DNA of 13,984 nucleotides from a virus (Duplodnaviria > Heunggongvirae > Uroviricota > Caudoviricetes): the IMG/VR virus record IMGVR_UViG_2703718856_000007, positions 1-13,984 of that record; one strand, given 5' to 3'. Positions 7,414 through 13,984 of this stretch are shown here, piece after piece. The notes under the pieces were generated by a model. It saw only the letters and a list, made by a program, of their open reading frames with translations. It had not been told where the DNA came from and ran no database searches. Each line of letters opens with the position of its first letter. Position 1 is the first letter of the stretch. The translations under genes were made by a program, and so were the position numbers.

Positions 7414-8331
7414 CTACCAGTTCGGTAGCTCACGCAAAGAATACTTAGGCTTTCCATTACCTACCTGAGTGCAGAGGAATTTTGCAATAACTTTTTCTCC
7501 GCGGTGATCGTTGATAATGTCTGGATTGTCTATGTAATTACTGATTTTCGCTACAAAAATTGATTTAGATTCATCATGCTCCATAATAAACTCGCATTGA
7601 CGTTTATGAGGAAGAGCTCCCAAGAAGCTAACTTCTAATAACTGCAAATCTTCTTTAACACTATCTTTACTTAGCTTGAGGACCGCTCTTTCAATATCAT
7701 TGATATTGTTTGCAACAAGCGCTTGGTTGTTATGCCTTAAAGTAAAAGTTGCTTTGTTATCAAATAGTATTTGTATAAATCCACGTATTTTATCTAAAGC
7801 TCGGTCATCCAAATCACTAATCGCCTCAGCTAGACCATCATCGTCTCCCCTTATACTCATTTGCAGGATAGATTGAGTCTGGTTCAGAGCTTTTTGAACA
7901 GAAGATTCCTCATCAAAGTTAAGCGGGGCATCTGGCCTAAATTCCTCAAGTGTAAATCCAAAAGAACCTTTGGCTGTTCCAGTAATCATAAGCAAATTAT
8001 TTTCAAGATTTGGAATTTTACCTTTGGCCGGTAATTTCCCTGAAAATGAAGATGCAACATGAGAAACCGCATCATTAAAGGCGTTAACTATTTTGGTTCC
8101 GAAATTTGCAGCTATGCCATATGTACCAAGTACAGGGGCTCCTCTGAATGTTAAAGTGGCTTTAACTGGCGGATGCTCATCGATAACAATATGAGAAATC
8201 TCATCATTTAGCTCATGGAGCCTGCTTTCAAGGCTCATTTTGCCAATAATGTCATCATCAGTAGTGGTTTCTAAAAGAGACAGGATTGAGTCCCGCTCAC
8301 TTAGAACGAACAAGTAATCGTCGCGATTCAT
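7414..8331 (-). CDS. Hypothetical protein B of AT-rich cassette (305 aa), unknown family
   Basis: Long track ORF in a low-GC segment; start ATG overlaps the stop of upstream gene A by 4 nt (ATGA). Hydrophilic, no transmembrane segment, no Walker motif; no family recognised. Confidence 0.75.
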   Translation of the reverse strand: MNRDDYLFVLSERDSILSLLETTTDDDIIGKMSLESRLHELNDEISHIVIDEHPPVKATLTFRGAPVLGTYGIAANFGTKIVNAFNDAVSHVASSFSGKLPAKGKIPNLENNLLMITGTAKGSFGFTLEEFRPDAPLNFDEESSVQKALNQTQSILQMSIRGDDDGLAEAISDLDDRALDKIRGFIQILFDNKATFTLRHNNQALVANNINDIERAVLKLSKDSVKEDLQLLEVSFLGALPHKRQCEFIMEHDESKSIFVAKISNYIDNPDIINDHRGEKVIAKFLCTQVGNGKPKYSLRELPNW

Positions 8332-8915
8332 TGCTCACCTCCTTCTGATAGCATTGTTTCTAAAATGGTTAATGCCTGTTGATCCAGTGTAATATCTAGA
8401 GGAATCTGCAAGAATCCCTTCCATGTAAGATCCCTTCTATGAGACCACATACTGTACCAATATACAGTCCTTTCTACAAGCTGCTCCTTAGAAACGCCCA
8501 GTGACTGGAAGTAAGAATCAACTCTAAACTCTTGCTTTCTCCACTTACCCATATGTGGCACAAACAGATTCGGGTTACGCATAACGACATCTTGCTGCGT
8601 TTCGTTAAACGCCAAATTAAAAAAAGTCACAACATCAATGTCATTTGGCGGACGTTTTTCAATGAGTTCAACATCTTCTATGAAACTACCATCGATCCAT
8701 TGAAAACCATCCGTTAACCCAGTTTTATTAATTTCTTTACGAAATTTGATGAAACCGAGTAAGATCTCGATCCTTTGTGGGCTTGTAGCGTACCGCTCTA
8801 CAAATTTTAATATATCTGTCTTATATGGGGAGCGATAGGCGCTGGTTGGATGCTCCATATCCATTGGTGGGATTACACCAATTTCATTCCAGTTAGGAAT
8901 TTCCTGAATCACCAT
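8328..8915 (-). CDS. Hypothetical protein A of AT-rich cassette (195 aa), possible minimal nucleotidyltransferase-like motif
   Basis: Track ORF with AAGG about 8 nt before the ATG. Candidate own promoter on the minus strand: -35 TTGAAA (8963-8968), 17-bp spacer, -10 TACAAC (8940-8945). Motif WIDGSF-x14-DIDVV is reminiscent of the GS...DxD nucleotidyltransferase signature, though the spacing is atypical. Confidence 0.75.
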   Translation of the reverse strand: MVIQEIPNWNEIGVIPPMDMEHPTSAYRSPYKTDILKFVERYATSPQRIEILLGFIKFRKEINKTGLTDGFQWIDGSFIEDVELIEKRPPNDIDVVTFFNLAFNETQQDVVMRNPNLFVPHMGKWRKQEFRVDSYFQSLGVSKEQLVERTVYWYSMWSHRRDLTWKGFLQIPLDITLDQQALTILETMLSEGGEQ

Positions 8916-9187
8916 GCTGTGGCCTTAAATTTCTTATTGGTTGTAAGAAAAAATGTCATTATTTTCAATGGAGTCATTGATTTTTTTATCGCTTTATCAA
9001 TATGACTTCTCTCGCTCGCTTAATCAGAGCCTTTCTCTGAAATTTCATCAGGGATCGCATAAAATTATTGTTTGCCTCATTCACTGCGCGAGCGAAGCCT
9101 TTCCTTCATTTACTTCTCGTACATGTTATCTAGCCTTCCGCCTGAGTCGTAAATATACAATCATTCCCTGTTGTTTTAGGTGGCTTC

Positions 9188-9217
9188 TTATCCATGCTTC
9201 CTGTACGTCTTCGGCAT
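9188..9217 (-). repeat. Duplicated remnant of the cI 3' end (encodes MPKTYRKHG-stop)
   Basis: 9192-9217 matches 9395-9420 (the real cI terminus, MPQTYRKHG-stop) at 25 of 26 bp, with the stop codon conserved at the same offset; direct repeat 203 bp apart. Confidence 0.5.
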
Positions 9218-9248
9218 TACCAAAAACACATCGAACTACCGGTCTGGC

Positions 9249-9368
9249 TCACTCAAAGTCATCCCGCTCATCCTTCCGCTTGAAGAAAACTTTATCCAGC
9301 CTGAGCACTATCCCAACCAGTCCGATAATCAGCAAAGTAATGAGTATTGGGATAATCAGATCAGACAT
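9249..9368 (-). CDS. Small membrane peptide (39 aa), not in ORF track
   Basis: Manual translation: MSDLIIPILITLLIIGLVGIVLRLDKVFFKRKDERDDFE, an N-terminal hydrophobic helix followed by a charged tail. SD GAGGAAG just upstream of the ATG at 9368. An in-frame ATG at 9398 overlapping the cI stop would give 49 aa. Lies 23 bp downstream of cI, co-oriented. Confidence 0.4.
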   Translation of the reverse strand: MSDLIIPILITLLIIGLVGIVLRLDKVFFKRKDERDDFE

Positions 9369-9390
9369 GCTTCCTCTGCGTGCTAAGGCT

Positions 9391-10089
9391 TTACCCATGC
9401 TTCCTGTACGTCTGCGGCATGCTGCCGATCACCTTGCCGAACACGAAAACACGATTCATTTCGTCTTTCTCGATCGGGTCCCAGGCTGCATAGCTCTTGT
9501 TATCTGAGATAACCAGCAGCTTGTCCTTCATCTTCTGCAGGCGCTTGACGTGAGCAGTGTCGTCGTACAGGAAGGCGTATATCCCGTCGCCGTCGAAGCT
9601 CTTAACGCTGATGTCGACGAACAGCAGATCACCCGGCTCAATCGTGCCGGACATGCTGTCACCCCGGACGTTGATGATCCGGATGTTCTCAGCCTTACGC
9701 CCATCGAACATGTGCCGGGCTTCAGCTGGCTCATACTCAACAGAACGGAGAATCTCGACGAACTCCTGGTTCACGATGCCCGGCCCGGCACTAACCATAA
9801 GGTCCAGCACATCAATCCTGAATGCATCAGTATCCTGGCTTTTAACCTGGGCAGCGCGAGGGAGCTGGCCGTCATCGCGCATCGGTCCATTTCCGGTTGA
9901 TAACCATTCAGACCTGACGCCCAAAGCATTAGCTATCTCGACAATTTTTGTTGAACCCCTGGCGTTTCCACTCACCAGGCGCCAAATGGTTGGCTGAGCA
10001 ATACCTGAGGCCTTCGCAAGCGCCCCTTGTGACATTCCAGCCGAAGCCATGGCCTCGTTTAAACGATCTGCAAGAGTTTCTTTTTTCAT
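9391..10089 (-). CDS. cI: Phage repressor cI-like (HTH plus S24 LexA-type peptidase domain)
   Basis: N-terminal HTH (MSQGALAKASGIAQPTIWRLVSGN); C-terminal S24 autoprotease motifs (GDSM serine, HVKRL lysine; Ala-Gly site in MVSAGPG). Start taken at ATG 10089 (MKKETLADR...), with the candidate PRM -10 immediately upstream, i.e. near-leaderless like lambda cI; the track's 10152 start would overlap the operators. Confidence 0.9.
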   Translation of the reverse strand: MKKETLADRLNEAMASAGMSQGALAKASGIAQPTIWRLVSGNARGSTKIVEIANALGVRSEWLSTGNGPMRDDGQLPRAAQVKSQDTDAFRIDVLDLMVSAGPGIVNQEFVEILRSVEYEPAEARHMFDGRKAENIRIINVRGDSMSGTIEPGDLLFVDISVKSFDGDGIYAFLYDDTAHVKRLQKMKDKLLVISDNKSYAAWDPIEKDEMNRVFVFGKVIGSMPQTYRKHG

Positions 10090-10094
10090 AATCT

Positions 10095-10170
10095 CAAATT
10101 TATACGCTTGCGTATTACTGGTCAAAACACGTTTTGCTATTGCTAAAACCAATACGCATTGCTATTATCA
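10095..10170. promoter_or_regulatory. OR-like divergent promoter/operator region (PRM leftward, PR rightward)
   Basis: PR candidate on plus strand: -35 TTGCTA (10140-10145), 17-bp spacer, -10 TATTAT (10163-10168). PRM candidate on minus strand: -35 TTGACC (10120-10125), -10 TATAAA (10099-10104). Inverted repeats TACGCttGCGTA and CAATACGCATTGCTATT share half-sites with the 7022-7110 region. Confidence 0.5.
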
Positions 10171-10200
10171 TTTTGCACCAATACTTATAGGAATTGGAAC

Positions 10201-10428
10201 ATGACGAACAAAACCATCCAGAAGGCAATTGATATCGCTGGCAGTCAGAAAAAATTGGCCGATCTGTGTGGCGTAGCGCAGCCGACAGTTTGGCGCTGGC
10301 TGCATGGCGGCGGAATTGACGCTCGCTATGTAATGAAAATCGTGTCTGCGACCAACGGCAAGATTAAGGCGGCAGAGATCAGGCCTGACCTTGCTCAGTT
10401 GCTGAGCGCGCATTCACCGGCCGCCTAA
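10201..10428 (+). CDS. cro: Cro-like HTH transcriptional regulator
   Basis: Small ORF divergent from cI with HTH QKKLADLCGVAQPTVWRW. Start taken at ATG 10201 with AGGA about 9 nt upstream; the track's 10159 start lies inside the promoter. Confidence 0.75.
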   Translation: MTNKTIQKAIDIAGSQKKLADLCGVAQPTVWRWLHGGGIDARYVMKIVSATNGKIKAAEIRPDLAQLLSAHSPAA

Positions 10429-10468
10429 CCAGCGGCCATTCCAAACAACACCAGAGGAAGTATCACAA

Positions 10469-10690
10469 ATGGAGAGTTCAACGACACGCAACAAAGTGGA
10501 GGCTCGCAGGATAGAAAGCTGGTTACACAGCCAGATAGCTGAACTGGGAACCACGAATATCGCCAAAGTGGCCGGAGTGAATAAGTCGACGGTGAGTCGC
10601 TGGCGGGAAAGTCTGCTGCCGAACATGTCGCTGCTGCTGGCCATCCTGATTTCTAACAGGCCGGGAGAGAAAGGTGATTTTGAAGCATGA
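10469..10690 (+). CDS. cII: cII-like transcriptional activator
   Basis: RNKVEARRIESWLHSQIAELGTTNIAKVAGVNKSTVSRWRESLLPNMSLLLAIL parallels lambda cII (RNEALRIESALLNKIAMLGTEKTAEAVGVDKSQISRWKRDWIPKFSMLLAVL, from memory). SD AGAGGAAG upstream. Confidence 0.8.
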   Translation: MESSTTRNKVEARRIESWLHSQIAELGTTNIAKVAGVNKSTVSRWRESLLPNMSLLLAILISNRPGEKGDFEA

Positions 10691-10775
10691 GTGGGAACAG
10701 AAAGGCGAAAGCCGCAGTGCAGCAACACTAACGGCTTTCTACGCGAATTAACTGGATCAATTCACAGGAGTAATT

Positions 10776-11630
10776 ATGGCAAATACTGCCGAGGTAATCA
10801 ATTTCCCTGTGCCTGTCGTGGCACTACAGGAGCTGCGCGTGGCAGATCTCGACGATGGGTTTACGCGCATCGCCAATGAGCTCCTTGAAGCTGTCATGCG
10901 TGCGGGTCTGTCGCAGCATCAGCTTTTGGTGTTCATGGCTGTCATGCGCAAAACATACGGCTTCAACAAGAAATCTGACTGGGTCAGTAACGAGCAGCTC
11001 TCGGAGCTGACCGGCATTCTCCCGCATAAGTGCTCAGCTGCAAAAAGCGTCCTGGTTAAGCGGGGGATATTAACTCAAACCGGTCGTGTTATCGGGATTA
11101 ATAAAACGGTCAGCGAATGGTCATCTTTACCCGTAAAAGGTAAAGAAAAAAAACCTTACCTGAAAAAGGTAACATTACCCGAATCAGGTAAGAAAAGTTT
11201 ACCCGAATCAGGTAACGCCTATTACCCGAATCAGGTAAACACAAAAGACAAACATACAAAAGACAATAAAGACAATATTAATAACCCCCCTAAATCCCCC
11301 CGGGCGGTTTCGTTCGATGCGTTAGCTGTTCAGTTGCCTGACTGGCTTTCTGCAGAAATCTGGTCGTCATGGGTGGCATATCGTCGCGACCTGAAAAAGC
11401 CGATCAAGTCTCAGCAGACGGTCACCCAGGCTATCAACCTGCTGGACCGCTGCAGACTGAACGGTTACGCGCCCGAAGAAATTATCAACCGCAGCATCGC
11501 CAATGGCTGGCAAGGCCTGTTTGAGCCAAATGGTGCCAAGCCTCAACCAAGTCAACAGGTGCGAGTTGCCGAAAATTTCGCAGGGAAGGATTACGGGCAG
11601 ACTGAAATCCCATCATGGGCGAGGGACTGA
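10776..11630 (+). CDS. O: Replication initiation protein O-like
   Basis: N-terminal VADLDDGFTRIANELLEA...MRKTYGFNKK...NEQLSELTGILPHKCSAAKSVLVKRG...INKTVSEW parallels lambda O (VADLDDGYARLSNMLLEA...LRKTYGWNKP...). Iterons are embedded mid-gene, as in ori-lambda. Confidence 0.85.
   Translation: MANTAEVINFPVPVVALQELRVADLDDGFTRIANELLEAVMRAGLSQHQLLVFMAVMRKTYGFNKKSDWVSNEQLSELTGILPHKCSAAKSVLVKRGILTQTGRVIGINKTVSEWSSLPVKGKEKKPYLKKVTLPESGKKSLPESGNAYYPNQVNTKDKHTKDNKDNINNPPKSPRAVSFDALAVQLPDWLSAEIWSSWVAYRRDLKKPIKSQQTVTQAINLLDRCRLNGYAPEEIINRSIANGWQGLFEPNGAKPQPSQQVRVAENFAGKDYGQTEIPSWARD
11127..11285. repeat. Origin of replication: five 17-bp iterons (TTACC-N7-GGTAA) followed by an AT-rich tract
   Basis: Iterons at ~11127, 11156, 11175, 11199 and 11222; three are identical (TTACCCGAATCAGGTAA). 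An A-rich unwinding-like tract follows at 11239-11285 (acaaaagacaaacatacaaaagacaataaagacaatattaataa). Confidence 0.6.
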
Positions 11631-11632
11631 TC

Positions 11633-12484
11633 ATGGAACTGGAAGAAAAAATCACTGCCATTGAGCGGATGCTTGATCAGCTGAGTAAGCCACCGGAAGA
11701 CATCCCGAATTGCGAGGTGGTTATCGAGCGCGTCTGTTGTGAAAAGCATGGCGAGTATGAGCAGCGCAAGCGGATCCTGACCAGCAGCATCATCAATCTG
11801 CCATCACCGCCGACACGCTGCCCGGGCTGCCTGGAAGACGAACTGAATTTTCTGAAGGATGAAAAGGTTCGCTGGGATAAGCGAGTTCGCCAGCAAACTG
11901 CAGAAAGGCTGCTTCGCCAGCTGGATATACCAGAGCGATTCTCCACGTGCACTCTGGACAGCTACAAGCCTGTTGGGAAGGATTCTGAGCGAGCATTACG
12001 GGTCTGCCAGGCCTACGCATCGAAATGGACTGATCGCCTCCAGCAGGGAGGTGGGTTGGTTATGTGTGGCAAGCCTGGTACCGGTAAAAACCACCTTGCG
12101 CTGGCCATTGCCCGCCATGTGATTGAGCACCACCAAAGCTCAGTCATTTTCACGACGGCGCTCAAGATTGCCCGGGAGTTTAAATCGACCTGGTCAAAAA
12201 CAGCCACGCGCACTGAGGATGAGGTGATCAGCTACTTCACGAAGCCAGACCTTCTGATTGTCGATGAGGTTGGTGTGCAGTTTGGCAGCGAAGCCGAGAA
12301 GATGATCATGTTTGAAATCATCAACACCCGCTACGAGCGCCTGAAGCCGACGATCCTGATCAGCAACCTGCCGAAGGATGAGCTGACGCAGTTTATCGGC
12401 GAGCGCGTCATCGACCGCATGAACGACGGCGGAGGCTGCACGATTTCGTTTACCTGGGACAGCTATCGGGAGAACAGGTCATGA
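11633..12484 (+). CDS. dnaC: DnaC-like helicase loader (IstB-like AAA+ ATPase)
   Basis: Walker A GKPGTGKNHLALAIA and Walker B LLIVDEVG; sits in the P-equivalent position after O. Start taken at ATG 11633 (MELEEK...) with GAGGGA upstream; the track's 11615 start overlaps the O 3' end. Confidence 0.85.
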   Translation: MELEEKITAIERMLDQLSKPPEDIPNCEVVIERVCCEKHGEYEQRKRILTSSIINLPSPPTRCPGCLEDELNFLKDEKVRWDKRVRQQTAERLLRQLDIPERFSTCTLDSYKPVGKDSERALRVCQAYASKWTDRLQQGGGLVMCGKPGTGKNHLALAIARHVIEHHQSSVIFTTALKIAREFKSTWSKTATRTEDEVISYFTKPDLLIVDEVGVQFGSEAEKMIMFEIINTRYERLKPTILISNLPKDELTQFIGERVIDRMNDGGGCTISFTWDSYRENRS

Positions 12485-12774
12485 CAGGCAAAGACGCAAT
12501 TCTGAACTACCTGAAAACGCATAAAACCTGTAGCTCTCCAGATGTCGCCGCGGCTTCCGGGATGACGCATACCTGCATCAACCAGGCTGCAAATATCCTG
12601 GCAAAGCAAGGGGTGCTGGTAGCTGAAGCTCGGGTGTGGCGGACGGTTTACTACCGGCTGGCTACTGAAGAAGAAATTTCAGGCAGGAAGAGCACCAATC
12701 AGATTTTCAACGAGTGTCGGCAAAGCCCGGCGATGAAACGGGTACTGGCTGTTTACGGGAGAACATCAGCATGA
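12481..12774 (+). CDS. Hypothetical protein, Ren-like by position and size
   Basis: 97-aa ORF overlapping the dnaC-like stop by 4 nt (ATGA), as lambda ren overlaps P; size matches Ren (~96 aa). I cannot verify sequence identity from memory. Confidence 0.5.
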   Translation: MTGKDAILNYLKTHKTCSSPDVAAASGMTHTCINQAANILAKQGVLVAEARVWRTVYYRLATEEEISGRKSTNQIFNECRQSPAMKRVLAVYGRTSA

Positions 12775-13211
12775 CTATCACACTACAGGCAGTAAACGAG
12801 CTCATCGCCACCCTGGAGAGCGCAGGCGAGCTGTCGATCAGAGAGCAGAAGTTCCTGAAGCTGGCGAAAGCGTACCAGCAGCTGGCTGCGGAGAATGTGG
12901 AGGCAAAAAAAATAATCAGCGAATGCCGGGAGTATTTCATCGCTGGGGTGATGAACCGTATCAGACCAACGAATGAAGGATACCTGCATATGATTTGCGA
13001 CACGTTTGCAGACGAAACCCCAGCAACCGATCGCATCGTAGCCGGGATTAAGGCTGATGGGGTGGATGAGTTCGTATCCAACGCCGTGCATAAGATTTTT
13101 GATGAAAGCGGAGCAGTGTCAGCTTTGGCTTACCTTTCGCTCGCTAATTCATACGTGAAGCAACTGCGCGAGGGGGCGACAAATGACCAAGTCAACCATA
13201 ACCAGAGATGA
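12771..13211 (+). CDS. Hypothetical nin-region protein (146 aa)
   Basis: Start ATG 12771 (MTITLQAVNEL...) overlaps the upstream stop (ATGA), with GGGAGA about 9 nt upstream; the track's 12714 start is less likely. No family recognised. Confidence 0.5.
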   Translation: MTITLQAVNELIATLESAGELSIREQKFLKLAKAYQQLAAENVEAKKIISECREYFIAGVMNRIRPTNEGYLHMICDTFADETPATDRIVAGIKADGVDEFVSNAVHKIFDESGAVSALAYLSLANSYVKQLREGATNDQVNHNQR

Positions 13212-13752
13212 GCTTAACGAAGTGATTGCCACATACGGAAAGCACCACATTGCTCATCGAATGGCTAATGTATTGTTGGCCGCAATGGACAGCGAGCCAG
13301 ATTGCAAGGAAAGAAAACTTTTCTGTTCAACCGATACGACCAGAATGAGAAAGACAATCTCTGTCTCTGCTGGGACCGAGGATGCGCCGCTATATCGCCA
13401 CGCGCAGCAGCCGGTAAATAGCGAGCCAGTAGGATACCTTTTCCATAACGAATACGGTGTGGTTTTATACTCAATTTCCGATGATGCTACCGAGGGATTC
13501 TCGCTAATTGGGCCAATATACTCCGTACCGCAGCCAGCGCCGGTAGTGCCTGGTAAATGGATTCCGGTAAGCGAGCAGATGCCGGAAGACCGCACGCAGG
13601 TAATTCTATGGGATGCTGAAATTGGAGAAGTAACAAGCGGTCACTACAGCCATAAAACACATACTTTTTATCATTGCGGCGATGCCATCGAAAACGAGAT
13701 AACCCACTGGATGCCGACGCCAGCAGCTCCGCAGGAGATGAAAGGTGAATAA
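13183..13752 (+). CDS. DUF551-like phage protein
   Basis: C-terminal GKWIPVSEQMPEDRTQVILWD...GHYS...ITHWMPTPAAP resembles the DUF551 signature common in lambdoid nin regions (recalled). GAGGGGG about 7 nt before the ATG. Confidence 0.6.
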   Translation: MTKSTITRDELNEVIATYGKHHIAHRMANVLLAAMDSEPDCKERKLFCSTDTTRMRKTISVSAGTEDAPLYRHAQQPVNSEPVGYLFHNEYGVVLYSISDDATEGFSLIGPIYSVPQPAPVVPGKWIPVSEQMPEDRTQVILWDAEIGEVTSGHYSHKTHTFYHCGDAIENEITHWMPTPAAPQEMKGE

Positions 13753-13984
13753 AGCCGAACTATTGCAGAAGATATCAGCGCTCGCTACTGAATGCCACAC
13801 GCTGGCCTGTGATCTTGATATTGGTGATGAGCGAACCGAAATGTTCGAAATCTACGGCGTGCTGCACAATCTCGGTCGCCGCGGGTACGCCTGCCAGGTA
13901 GGGCGGCGCATGAATCCACTGCTCGCATCCTGCGATGACGACGAGGATGAGGAAGATGACGATTGGGATGAGGATGACGACTGA
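13745..13984 (+). CDS. Hypothetical protein with poly-acidic C-terminal tail
   Basis: 79-aa track ORF with GTG start overlapping the upstream stop; ends ...CDDDEDEEDDDWDEDDD-stop at the window edge. Confidence 0.45.
   Translation: MNKAELLQKISALATECHTLACDLDIGDERTEMFEIYGVLHNLGRRGYACQVGRRMNPLLASCDDDEDEEDDDWDEDDD

Noticed and set aside
8328-8915. Assigning gene A and gene B to the AbiEi/AbiEii abortive infection pair on the basis of matching sizes (about 200 and 300 aa)
   Set aside because: The nucleotidyltransferase-like motif is in the smaller, upstream protein rather than the larger downstream one, and I see no winged-HTH signature; size match alone is not enough.
8953-9507. 184-aa + strand track ORF spanning the cI-cassette intergenic region (and the nested 68-aa ORF at 9180..9386)
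   Set aside because: Low-complexity, Ser/Leu/Cys-rich translation, no RBS, and it overlaps the cI 3' end and the better-supported minus-strand peptide ORF; likely a spurious open frame.
9528-9997. Antisense and alternative-frame ORFs inside cI (9528..9740, 9550..9900, 9557..9997)
   Set aside because: They overlap the strongly supported repressor gene and have no start signals; shadow ORFs.
10089-10152. Upstream extension of cI to the track start at 10152 (MVLAIAKRVLTSNTQAYKFEI...)
   Set aside because: It would place coding sequence over the operator/PRM region; the ATG at 10089 sits right after a candidate -10 element, consistent with lambda-like near-leaderless cI.
11615-11632. Upstream start for the DnaC-like gene overlapping the O 3' end
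   Set aside because: No SD; the ATG at 11633 directly follows the O stop with GAGGGA upstream.
1-13984. CRISPR arrays, tRNA or rRNA genes
   Set aside because: No regularly spaced direct repeats with unique spacers and no tRNA- or rRNA-like structure noticed on reading; the only periodic repeats are the recE internal repeats and the ori iterons.

Overview
This window reads as the left arm, immunity region and replication module of a lambdoid, Rac-like prophage in an enterobacterial-type genome. All calls come from reading the sequence and the ORF track; no searches were run, and family names rest on motifs I recognise from memory. Order, left to right: P4-type integrase (+), then a leftward operon (minus strand) of small genes, RecE, RecT, a hypothetical gene and a lambda-like Xis, driven from an OL/PL-like region at ~7020-7110. 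Then comes an AT-rich two-gene cassette (7414..8915, minus) in the slot lambda uses for rexAB, then a 39-aa membrane peptide ORF, cI repressor, OR/PRM/PR, cro, cII, replication protein O with ori iterons, a DnaC-like helicase loader and nin-region genes. The cassette is the main candidate for an undescribed system: two translationally coupled proteins (195 and 305 aa) of unknown family, ~35-38% GC against ~60% in recE. The peptide ORF next to it is flanked by a duplicated copy of the cI 3' end, which marks a recombination junction. I saw no tRNA, rRNA or CRISPR array. Manually placed coordinates (small ORFs, promoters, hairpins) may be off by a base or two.
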